Below, in pieces: positions 51,101 through 57,438 of a stretch of 64,000 nucleotides of DNA. This DNA is from a virus, in the IMG/VR virus record IMGVR_UViG_3300020204_004643, positions 6,627-70,626 of that record; one strand, written 5' to 3'. Below the pieces are notes generated by a model. The model was not told the DNA's origin and did no database searches. It worked only from the letters and a program-made list of their open reading frames with translations. The position numbers and the translations under genes are program-made. Numbering within the stretch: position 1 is the first letter of the stretch; the number at the start of each line of letters is the position of its first letter.

Positions 51101-54050
51101 GCAAACGCAAAAGTTTATTGCCTTTAAATTTATATATAGGATCTCTTAAATTATTAGATACTAAAATATCTTGCCATGGACCTTTTATTTGATCAAAAAC
51201 ATCACTAAATTTAACACCCAAAAGAAGCGGCCAATTCTCTGGTCTACTTCTGACGTTTTTAAATTTTTTATTAGTTTTATCTATTTCAATTCCACCAGCT
51301 TTAAATTCAAAAAATGCTCTTTTTACTGTATCTACAGCGTCGACATCTGTAGTTTCTTCTCCACCAGTTCCAAACAATCCAATTTCTTTAGCAGATTTTA
51401 TATCTGGATATGCAGAATTTTTTAAATATTTTAAAGCGAAATCTTCATATTTTGCTCCGAAAGCTTTTGCTGGAACTTGAGAAACAATGCCTTCCTGTTT
51501 TTGATATAACTTTTCAAACTTTTTTAATCGCTCTAGTCTTTGTGATAATTGAACAGGTACAGGCTTGCCTTCTTTTTGTAATTTTGTAGCAGTGTTTAAC
51601 TGATCATTTATTATTCTTAGTTTCTTTGAAATGGCTTGTTTTTGTTGTGATTCAGCCGGATAATTAGATTGAATAAAATTTTTAAAAGTTTCCATCGTCG
51701 CTACTAGAACAGCAGCATTAATTGTAGGTTCATCTAATAATTTTTCTGGTACGGGAATAGAAGATTTAGATCGGTTACCCTTTCTTTCTTCTCTATTTAT
51801 TTGTGTTGTAATAGCTCTTAAATAGTTTGCATAACCAGTTGGAAGATAACTAGTATTGTATTCTTTTTGAAAACCTTGTAAATCTGTTTGAAATTCCTCT
51901 AATTCCTGTGGTTTAAGATTTGTAAAATAATTTTTATCTGATAAATTCCAAGTAAGAGGGCCAGCAACTTTTTTTCCTTGTTTATTTATAATTTTATCGA
52001 CACGATAAGCTTTTCCTATTTTCCTCATGTAGTCTCTAAATTGTTTAGGTCCAAAGCCCCCAGACTCTTCATCATCTTGAGCAAAATTAGGAATAAACCC
52101 ATCAAATGACATTCCTGAATTGCTACCACCAAGAATAGATCCCATTTTACCAGACTTCATCATTCCAATAGCTTTTTCCATTCCGCCGCCATACTTTGGA
52201 ATCACCATTGAATCTCCATTGCGACCAACTCCCACAAATTCTTTTTCGTCTGTATTTAAAATAAATTTTTTGCCGCCAATAGTTCCTTCGCTTAGTCTAG
52301 CTCTAACTCCCTTTTTAGCTCCTAACTTTGTAGCTTCTGAAACTTCAGAAGTCATTTGTGAAGCCATCGAATCAGAAAAATTAGGCAAAAAGCCTTTTGA
52401 AGTCCTCCTAGTGGGGGCCAATCTATTAGAAACTACAAGATTTGATGCATTTACACCCATTCCGGAAGCAATAAAAGACTTACTAAAACTTTCTGATGTA
52501 TTTTTTATACTCTCCGCTAAACTAGACTGTTGAATTAAAACATCTCTTATTTCTTTTTCGATTTGAAGACGAGTTTTTTCGCCAGTAATTAATTGACCTA
52601 TTATAGCAGGATTTGATTGCAGAATTCCTTTAATTGATTCTTCAAGTTTTCCTCTTTGTTGAGATACGCTATTTAAACCAAGGAGATTTTTAGTAGCGTC
52701 AGCAGTAAATCCGGCAAAACGTCCGAATAATTTACCTAAAACAACGCTACCCAAAATTAAACCGGGACCAGTTATAAAACTAGTAATTCCTTTTAATAAT
52801 CCTGATCCAATTTTAGCTCCAACACTTTCCCCGCTCTTTTCATTAATTTGATTAAGAGAATCATTTAAAATACCTACTAAATTTTTAATTCCGGGACCGA
52901 CGCTTACATTACCAATATTTTTGCCAAATTGAACTAAATTAACACTAGCTTCATTAACTAAAGCTGTGATGCTTTTATTTAGAGCGTTATTTTTAATAAT
53001 TGCATCATCAATTGCTTTATTAGATGCAGAAGTCGCTGCTTGAAAAATAGAATTCTCTTTAGATAAATCAGATAATGCAGCTTTTAAAATGTTAATTTGG
53101 AATACACCGCCAACCAATTCTCCGACTTGAGCTCTAATAACTGGATTTAAATCCTCAAAAGATTTTGCTAAGTTTTCTAATACTTGAACTATCGGTAAAG
53201 TATTTCCTTCAATATCTTTTACGGCAACTCCGAAATCTCTTAAATCATTTATAACTTCTGGTCTTTGAATTCTTGTAAATATTGTTTTTAATGCGTTACC
53301 AATGACAGCACCACCACGAGCAGTAGTTTGCTGAACTGAAGTTACAATACCTAATAACTCATCAAAACTTACTCCTGCTTCACTCGCAGAAGAACCTACA
53401 CGTTTGACCGCTTCAGAAAGATCTCTTGAACTAACAGCGAACTTTGCGTCAACTGCTGCTAATTTATTAACGACATCAGTTGTTGTTAGCGCTTCTTTTG
53501 TAAAAGAGTTAACTGCTGAAGTTAATGCTTCAGTACTAGAAACGACATCTAAACCGGCAAGACGAGTTAAAATAAGAGCGTCTCTAGTCCTTTTTAAAGT
53601 ATCTTCTAACGATAAACCTTGACGGGAAAACTCAATTGCAGCTTCAGTTACTTGATTAAAAGAAGAACCAGTTTGTTTTGCGACATTAAATAATTGATCA
53701 CCAAATTGAGTTAAAGTTTTAGTAGAAGAATTTAATACTACATTAATGTCAGTAAGAGATTTTTCTACTTCTATAGTGCTGGAAATTAAAGCAGAAAAAG
53801 CTTTTTCAACATTATAAATAATACCCGCTGAAGCGCCGAATGCTACAACACGAGCATTTGAAGCTTCAAGTGACTTTTGAAACTCATCTGCTTGCCCAGT
53901 GATTCTGCCTAAAGGTTGAGAAAAGTTCTTGGTATTTAAATTAAGAGTACTTTTTCTTTCTATGCGACGTAACGCTGCTAAAACATCTCTTTCCGCAGCG
54001 GAAGTATCAATCGTCGCGCTAATAGTTATTGAACCTGATGAAGTAGCCAT
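42111..54050 (-). CDS. Tail tape measure protein (3979 aa) with an internal multi-domain cargo array
   Basis: TP901-type core (EFSRQG..LTSAVN..LAAVD..TARGGAVIGNALKTIFTR), Gly/Ala hydrophobic segments, coiled coils, C-terminal GG..DDVPAMMSGGEFV; follows tube and chaperone genes. Confidence 0.93.
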   Translation of the reverse strand: MATSSGSITISATIDTSAAERDVLAALRRIERKSTLNLNTKNFSQPLGRITGQADEFQKSLEASNARVVAFGASAGIIYNVEKAFSALISSTIEVEKSLTDINVVLNSSTKTLTQFGDQLFNVAKQTGSSFNQVTEAAIEFSRQGLSLEDTLKRTRDALILTRLAGLDVVSSTEALTSAVNSFTKEALTTTDVVNKLAAVDAKFAVSSRDLSEAVKRVGSSASEAGVSFDELLGIVTSVQQTTARGGAVIGNALKTIFTRIQRPEVINDLRDFGVAVKDIEGNTLPIVQVLENLAKSFEDLNPVIRAQVGELVGGVFQINILKAALSDLSKENSIFQAATSASNKAIDDAIIKNNALNKSITALVNEASVNLVQFGKNIGNVSVGPGIKNLVGILNDSLNQINEKSGESVGAKIGSGLLKGITSFITGPGLILGSVVLGKLFGRFAGFTADATKNLLGLNSVSQQRGKLEESIKGILQSNPAIIGQLITGEKTRLQIEKEIRDVLIQQSSLAESIKNTSESFSKSFIASGMGVNASNLVVSNRLAPTRRTSKGFLPNFSDSMASQMTSEVSEATKLGAKKGVRARLSEGTIGGKKFILNTDEKEFVGVGRNGDSMVIPKYGGGMEKAIGMMKSGKMGSILGGSNSGMSFDGFIPNFAQDDEESGGFGPKQFRDYMRKIGKAYRVDKIINKQGKKVAGPLTWNLSDKNYFTNLKPQELEEFQTDLQGFQKEYNTSYLPTGYANYLRAITTQINREERKGNRSKSSIPVPEKLLDEPTINAAVLVATMETFKNFIQSNYPAESQQKQAISKKLRIINDQLNTATKLQKEGKPVPVQLSQRLERLKKFEKLYQKQEGIVSQVPAKAFGAKYEDFALKYLKNSAYPDIKSAKEIGLFGTGGEETTDVDAVDTVKRAFFEFKAGGIEIDKTNKKFKNVRSRPENWPLLLGVKFSDVFDQIKGPWQDILVSNNLRDPIYKFKGNKLLRLPSEGGTQDKRLYANVPSQRRADQRAAAISPFSGSLTEFIDEEYSRIMMEKPKAYSKGFIPNFAATKFDKFKLNDRLVMAYGKKNDPESIAKYLVNIGRIDPILDKATKNPILDSKGSPVVKFSGFTTKYGADGYQNLIRHFRSDGVLDYRIVPSNDEKSITSYLRQIRLSDFSKGYIPNFADNNLKDLLTEAKLKSFSSPEDLYLWLTRLSQEKGLRIKRGSSRIGIALDDKMFLKIAANKAGIAQNFVENRILNDRSARERYSDILPEIFASDNRKNLWSITERLNDVQELDGFKRPRPSEQLLGKPASHFMLFSPYSDLENQILKFGEEYDIDVSDFFGGRNIGFTRTSSPKLKLMDLGFTERIAKAFYRQGRIPELGRFDKGFIPNFSSSDALQQYLNNFDSQTVSEFSNTNIRGGRGMSVLSARVKFVKDLLNINPDLKAKELVQILNERRTKGVNVNFTEKSIPFGPEEARRLIAKVRNSRTKSIDYLGRPSVSGISPEDFSSGFIPNFAFSDLGTGAVIQNDNNYGGPSGRARYLTFSKLKKEGIFKKYINYFKTYESVDKYINRDAPKYFRNFFMPNGSVPKDKELEVFGRKLTNDESDFFNDFFSNGDFIGTSRYLKAFFPKNDRFYKDPLEKSISDRLPRTQDYFINEDIQDRFKKTLIFPDVRKSYLAFLKERSIRRGIFVDSDPAIFFEFALQNDKLKDVAQKIRSMAPPITSKDLQKQAEFFDSPEKVDKDLLTQLAEFDRDEKFSFSVFGSVKKAPFNKKSTDNILFQSLYENFKDIDAGEVFNIPSYILHSGIRGLDRAIYLESRSPLEAFKEVTNKKVLNSNKEVVDYLKWRISRPSPSEPIDLSPEITKFLFKNDYGLLKKSRFVKYDLENRKIIDFLVKNKNSIQFEKTFAEYGAAGQQRQYTYIDLINNLTEADLPNGDKTSLPKAFESVKTRLSEQARQQIEKKIAVSNRTFPIIPHLSKETDRVKILKNEKSLYEEGNRMDHCVAGYGDACSNIDTKTGLPKSLIVSTGTATAELNPQRKRIIPNSDFNTRQNRAEIRNFIKSLKYHATSLGKSSTTTAMAELMAERSMIAEEVRLNTVKSYLQFRKARKGPPLYSIDAYQIKGIRNKNPSQEDLELFRDFVRKNGLQPNFASGFVPNFAKFKTFLGKGFIPNFNAVREAINREMDAGFSASQVKIGQSNSLKTSFNPQGLGVYNTVQEPGGLNQGMAFAREAGINPKTKGMSSGFVPNFAEGGFDRFDVTLIAATLIGLNTQIRSVIDAFKNIKESVKAVNSALAEDVKGIRKSAAERINELNSQLKAEKTVRNQSIDAAKQNISDLKKQRKTEKAALDASTKLRAGLGLGPDPAENTKYLSSSRAIGKQIRQQEQLIKNENLAIQTSTADFVTKSKEIGAKSKILESEKIAEAASKTTTKAKADTLIKNAGFGVGLIGAGVANIAEQFIPQQNFQARALTSGVGDVFSYAGTGAAFGPAGAAAGALLGIGIAAKKVVDSNLEEYIYKIGKSIDLIRDKTNTFANASQGYSSSLEQLKTALNDPNARPDALIRFQNLIQESLGQIPDEFRQKVLAAGSDLTKIAEAISDVNKELGRSQQNLESVSSVLQLISNNKGFLSYFGSAIQLRSNDQQLLNRSFTRNINQQDLTKRFGNQQDFDKFISRLSGELFTTYQSGRGLQANAPQVLNLRNLNKVESLLGSQGLLTPELASAFKKAAENFDIKVIRGLVSSLRELGITAFATKEEAANLTSIQTDNVKKNKQAAEALRLLNQQYTNLNFQLSQQIQIEQNRSSAIRDINKIFSEGVINVQRSRVKNLLEVFSPFITDQQRNNIQGQLDLNEITTRQNSQIRDALNKTLDSFNESLTSKIKEITDQAIGVTADLNREPNQIVKDTNLFINNLSKLSNLASQGLEAARGGVNVSNVRDKLAQEIRSTATLTGGQQEVLIQQLEKEFASFQNELARIKAQGEVDLLLQKSQVDFQRKTYELNQRLSFAGGGRALASTGRLGVSDLYDSIADLVGELRQNNAIGNRGENISLLGSSVFKLLDTLTNQLQLNRATTSPIPFVSPESFNKAVSDQLRPLTAISIAGRTSQIRESLNLARQTTEAQIGSIGKESPLALAFKTANENAVGTALLQISSELKLQNIGTYLDILQEEAGILNQLTNEQTNYLKEQIPNLNKNFASVIQKNVKDQLITVNKTLESKLTELIIATKEADINKQIRDLIPSNVPFNDREKFLQEIKDLQKGIFNLNTNLPPETAQAFQKVTNNLLQQIPQSTFTPSGGFGGNNNQSKDVQISDIVRRYSGVTSGTVESILELLNKFQKFSTSVTAKPLDKKQNIAYLEGLMADALKNSIYYEKLLNNNSSNQQPDKPTDPNERIQSLRQQLKGLNLQTEFYLQSNTELVKLQEEVNEILAEGVQTKEQQEKQLQIQLKIRKKELDLELATTKDREKLLYETAYGRNFFREEKQAAAEARITAEARQGNVPVGSIVRSVFEYGPADAAKDTGDTLKILLTDFKTGIAGAFSEAIKGTKTLREAFSDFFQSLLNRLTDRATAQLVDTVLGAAQKGFSSFNFGTGNASASSDGAYTAGGVNTVTGAGAKKYGGLIKGYNFGGLVTGGSGFRDDVPAMMSGGEFVIKQSSVKKYGADFLDQLNSGQIQTAADGGSFSVGPMRNEFLYNDPERPTSGEYSVDPRLSAFALTDENNPQNKIREQRFEELDRYLQDRDQYEKDRKKAISDFNKKVQSVFNQALIAAAIQIVASTAAGYASKGGGDTKTEPPAKNAKGGLIPKFAFGGAVRKLKAGGMAGKDNIPALLMGNEYVMSPEATKYYGTQLMSDLNKGTFNRVGARTRFAEGGLVGSGSSVSYRGNAVNNNFDELVVAINTLNESISKSNGITQSETGGVSPNFNAQGQLATSSIVNNISVNVSSGNVSATSETNSDNKNSNQNQNLQNNQKLAELLKGKIVEVIVEQKRPGGLLASVKP
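47352..52394 (-). repeat. Ten in-frame G[FYL][ILVQ]PNF motif copies inside the tape measure gene
   Basis: 52377-52394, 52083-52100, 50916-50933, 50562-50579, 49932-49949, 49560-49577, 47649-47666 (degenerate GLQPNF), 47625-47642, 47580-47597, 47352-47369. Confidence 0.95.
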
Positions 54051-54071
54051 ATTTCCTTAAACCTAAAAATA

Positions 54072-54079
54072 ATTACACT
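54072..54079 (-). promoter_or_regulatory. AGTGTAAT motif upstream of the tape measure gene
   Basis: Minus strand AGTGTAAT-tatttttaggtttAAGGAaat-ATG. Confidence 0.55.
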
Positions 54080-55095
54080 TAAACGCCGTGTAATTTAATT
54101 AAATCTTCGAAATTTAAGGATCCACCCTTCTTCTTTGCTGCTTCTTCTAATGATATAGCTCCAGTATTTTCTTTCTTTAATTTCTTAAGGTCTTCTTTGC
54201 TAGCTCCCATGACGGAAACTGCTTGAACAGCGGTTTCTTTTCCTGCTTTTTGATTGTTCTCTTCTTGTATTTTTTCAAGATTGTTTCCTGATTCATACCA
54301 ATCAATAAGTTTGTCAAGATCTTCATTATACTCATCAGGATGCTTAACAGTACTTTTACTCATTAAATCTTTAAAGTATCGAGCGTAACCAAATAATTCA
54401 ATTTGATAAAATGTAAGATCAGAAACTGGCTTGCCAAAAAAGAAATACGGATTATCATCTGATAAATAAAAATAATTTAAGAAAAAATTACTAACAGCAA
54501 TTCTTTTTAAATTAGTACTATTGAATTTTAATGAAGTATCAGCGTATCCATCAACAAGGCTATTTAATTCAAATTGATCTAATTCTTCGAAATCTTTTAA
54601 AATAAAACTATGATTTTTGCAATTAATATCAGAATAAACAGAATAATAAATATAAAATTCATTCATTCTTTTCGCTGTATATCTTTCGCATGTAGTTTCT
54701 AATAATGATTCTTTTGTCTCTAATAGTTTATTTAATTCTTGTGAAGTTTCTTTTATTTGCTTGTCTATATTATTTAAATCACGAGTCAAATATAATTTGC
54801 TGCGTGTTTTTTTCATAGTGGCTAAACTTAATTTAAGATCTAAAATTCTTTTGTCATTTTTTGGATCGTATAAATTTTCTTTTATTAGTTCTTCTATTTT
54901 CTCTTGATTAGTTGGAATTCCTTGTGATTTTGCTTTATTAAAGTAAAAATTCTCTTTTGCTTCTATTATTCCTGCGTCTTGAGCGGACAAATGCTTCATG
55001 TAATACATTTGCTTATTGAATTCAAAACCAGAAGACCCTTGTACGATTTCCCAATAACTTGTTTTTAAATTTTTATTAAAAGAATCAATGTCCAT
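54079..55095 (-). CDS. Tail assembly chaperone, GT-like (long form)
   Basis: Directly upstream of the tape measure; N-terminal two thirds parallels 55146-55886; extra C-terminal domain (FFGKPVSDLTFYQ). Confidence 0.6.
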   Translation of the reverse strand: MDIDSFNKNLKTSYWEIVQGSSGFEFNKQMYYMKHLSAQDAGIIEAKENFYFNKAKSQGIPTNQEKIEELIKENLYDPKNDKRILDLKLSLATMKKTRSKLYLTRDLNNIDKQIKETSQELNKLLETKESLLETTCERYTAKRMNEFYIYYSVYSDINCKNHSFILKDFEELDQFELNSLVDGYADTSLKFNSTNLKRIAVSNFFLNYFYLSDDNPYFFFGKPVSDLTFYQIELFGYARYFKDLMSKSTVKHPDEYNEDLDKLIDWYESGNNLEKIQEENNQKAGKETAVQAVSVMGASKEDLKKLKKENTGAISLEEAAKKKGGSLNFEDLIKLHGV

Positions 55096-55100
55096 ATACT

Positions 55101-55126
55101 AAAAAACCCCCGCTTTCGCAGGGGTT
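55101..55126 (-). terminator. Intrinsic terminator
   Basis: AACCCCTGC-GAAA-GCGGGGGTT then TTTT on the minus strand. Confidence 0.8.
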
Positions 55127-55145
55127 AGAATTTAAACGATGAATT

Positions 55146-55886
55146 TTATGCCAAATTTTGGTCAAGTTTTAACTTATCAAAATCTTCTTTAGAAGAAGCT
55201 CTACCTACATACCAAAAACTAATAAAATAAATAAAAGCATTCGCTACTTTTAAAAGATGCTCATCTTCAGATTCAAAAATAGAATCATATTTGTCCATCT
55301 TTTGATCATAAGAGCCATCTCCAAAAAATGGGGCAGGATCTCCATTTTTTTCTAAATAAGATAATTGCAATATCCACCAAGTAATAACCTTATTTCTTGC
55401 TCTAGTTTCAGCGGTATTATCAAACAAAGATTCTTTTTGAACTTCTAGTTCAGTAAGAGAATTTTTTAGAATTTCAATTTTATCAGTTAAATCTTTCTTT
55501 TGATTTTCAAAATCTGCGGCTCTTTCATCTTCCTTTGATGAATTTAATCTTTCTAACTTGTCTTGGAATTCAAATAAATCTTTGTAAGCTGCATTCTCTG
55601 CGGTTTTAGTTCTGTCTGATAAAACTCCGCCATCATCAACATATCTTTTATTCAATAATGTACGGGTAAGAAGACCAGCTTTAACTCCTTCTGAAAGCTT
55701 AACGCCGTAAAACAATTCTGCATCATCAAACAAAGCGCGAGTAGGCTTTTTAATAAAATATTTTTGTGGGACTGGCTTTTTTACATCTTTAGTAATAGTA
55801 ATTTTCTCGCCAGCTTCATTTACTTTTTCTTCTTTTTCTTGTACTATTACTTCTTTATCAATAAAAAATTCGTAGATTGTTTTCAT
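55146..55886 (-). CDS. Tail assembly chaperone, G-like
   Basis: Position between tube and tape measure genes; helical and charged. Confidence 0.6.
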   Translation of the reverse strand: MKTIYEFFIDKEVIVQEKEEKVNEAGEKITITKDVKKPVPQKYFIKKPTRALFDDAELFYGVKLSEGVKAGLLTRTLLNKRYVDDGGVLSDRTKTAENAAYKDLFEFQDKLERLNSSKEDERAADFENQKKDLTDKIEILKNSLTELEVQKESLFDNTAETRARNKVITWWILQLSYLEKNGDPAPFFGDGSYDQKMDKYDSIFESEDEHLLKVANAFIYFISFWYVGRASSKEDFDKLKLDQNLA

Positions 55887-56108
55887 TTAAAAATTTATAT
55901 TATTTAATTCTTCTTCAAATTGACGAATAGAATCATTGCCTGAATCAAGAACTCTTTTTCTTAATCTTTGATACCTTTCGTCAGAAATATTATATCCATC
56001 TTCTCTCAAATCCTCAAGAATTATTAAAAAATTTTTATATAAATTAGTGACTTTTCTCTTATTTTGAAATAAGATATACTCTTTTAACTTAATATTATCT
56101 AAACCCAT
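55887..56108 (-). CDS. Small hypothetical protein
   Basis: 73 aa; AGTGTAAA motif (56137-56144) and AAAGG RBS upstream; abuts the next gene. Confidence 0.7.
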   Translation of the reverse strand: MGLDNIKLKEYILFQNKRKVTNLYKNFLIILEDLREDGYNISDERYQRLRKRVLDSGNDSIRQFEEELNNINF

Positions 56109-56152
56109 AACCTTTAGGAACCTTTACCTAATAATCTTTACACTTAAAAAAT

Positions 56153-56180
56153 AAAAAAAGCCCCAGTTTTCACTGGGGCT
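56153..56180 (-). terminator. Intrinsic terminator after the major tail tube gene
   Basis: AGCCCCAGT-GAAA-ACTGGGGCT then TTTTTT. Confidence 0.88.
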
Positions 56181-56198
56181 CGTTTTGGTTAATTAATA

Positions 56199-57380
56199 TT
56201 AGCCACCAGCAAGAGGTAAAGTCTCGAACATGAAGACACCACGATCTTGTTGTTGAGGAGAACCAATTTGAGTGCTGAAGTTTAAAGTAACTTCTTTGTT
56301 AGCACCGATTGAAGAAGAGAAGTCTTGAGAATCAAGAGTTAATCTCTTAACTACATATCCGATACCCTCTAAACCAGTATTAACTGAAATTGGAGTAGCT
56401 AGTTTAATTGTTGCATCATAAGTAGAGTCATTGTCTACCAAATCAACTAAATTACCAGTAGTTAAGTCTTGAACCAAAGCTGAACAACTCAAGCTAACAT
56501 TAACAGGGAAATTAATTTCTCTTGAGAATGCGTATCTACTACCAAGTTTCAATAATGGAGTTCTGTCTAAAGCTAATGTTAAAGAGAAATTTTGAAGAGC
56601 AGCGCTTTGAGTAACATCGACGCCACCATAAAGAGTACCAGTAGTCTTAGTAAGAGTTAAAGTGACATCACCGGGGCGCAATGCAGAAATTTTGCCCAAA
56701 GAATTTTCAGTATTTGGATTAGTAGATGCTTGAGGTAGCCAGAATAAATTGCCTACTGTATTTCCAGATACGTTAACTCCGGGAGCGACACCTGAATTAC
56801 CAGCACTGAAATTCATGTTTAATCCTTCGACGCTTACTGAAGCATTTGGAAACTCACCTACTGCTGCATTAACAGTATAATTAGTAAGGAATCCGTTGCC
56901 AATTCCGATAGTGCTTGAAACCGAATTGCTAGCAGAATCATTTGCAAAGCTTGAAGCATCATTACCTTCAGTTACGGTTCTGATAAAATAATTTTTTGTA
57001 TTTACAAATCCGCTGGTTAAAATTCCAGATAGCGCTGTTTGTGTTGCGTTTCCTCTGTTAATTCCAGTGATGACATCTTGAGTTTGAATAACAGCGAAAC
57101 CTAAAGCTTTTTCATTATGCATGTCCGACAATAGATAAGTAAAATCCATGCCGACAGTGGGTTGCTCTAGAATAACACGATCAATTGCGGCTAAGTCACC
57201 GAATTGATTGACATCTTGCCTTGCAACATTGAAATTATAATTGCAAGACTGCACACGAGAGAACTGATTAATGTAAAGAGCGCCAGATTGATAAAGGGGA
57301 TTTGCGGCGGAAGTTACATCGACAGTATCTTTTGTGTTAAATAAAGCTTCTGATTGATAAATTACACGATTTCTTGCCAT
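56199..57380 (-). CDS. Major tail tube protein (probable)
   Basis: Beta-rich Ser/Thr/Asn composition, AAAGGA RBS, strong downstream terminator, position upstream of chaperones and tape measure. Confidence 0.7.
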   Translation of the reverse strand: MARNRVIYQSEALFNTKDTVDVTSAANPLYQSGALYINQFSRVQSCNYNFNVARQDVNQFGDLAAIDRVILEQPTVGMDFTYLLSDMHNEKALGFAVIQTQDVITGINRGNATQTALSGILTSGFVNTKNYFIRTVTEGNDASSFANDSASNSVSSTIGIGNGFLTNYTVNAAVGEFPNASVSVEGLNMNFSAGNSGVAPGVNVSGNTVGNLFWLPQASTNPNTENSLGKISALRPGDVTLTLTKTTGTLYGGVDVTQSAALQNFSLTLALDRTPLLKLGSRYAFSREINFPVNVSLSCSALVQDLTTGNLVDLVDNDSTYDATIKLATPISVNTGLEGIGYVVKRLTLDSQDFSSSIGANKEVTLNFSTQIGSPQQQDRGVFMFETLPLAGG

Positions 57381-57438
57381 ATTTTTAATCCTTTAAATTC
57401 TATTGAGTATTACAGTATTTATTGATTGTTGGGAAATG

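Noticed and set aside
47352-52394. GFIPNF repeats as a CRISPR array or as intein boundaries
   Set aside because: Spacing is irregular (6 to ~1900 bp), conservation is at protein level and in frame, and there are no C/S...HN intein ends.
54071-54095. AATTACAC-N9-GTGTAATT inverted repeat as an operator
   Set aside because: The second arm is the coding end of the chaperone gene (KLHGV) and may be coincidental; only the gene-oriented arm is counted.
55146-55200. Programmed -1 frameshift linking the two chaperone ORFs
   Set aside because: No clear slippery heptamer near the stop; the ORFs are 50 bp apart with a terminator, and the second has its own G-like domain.
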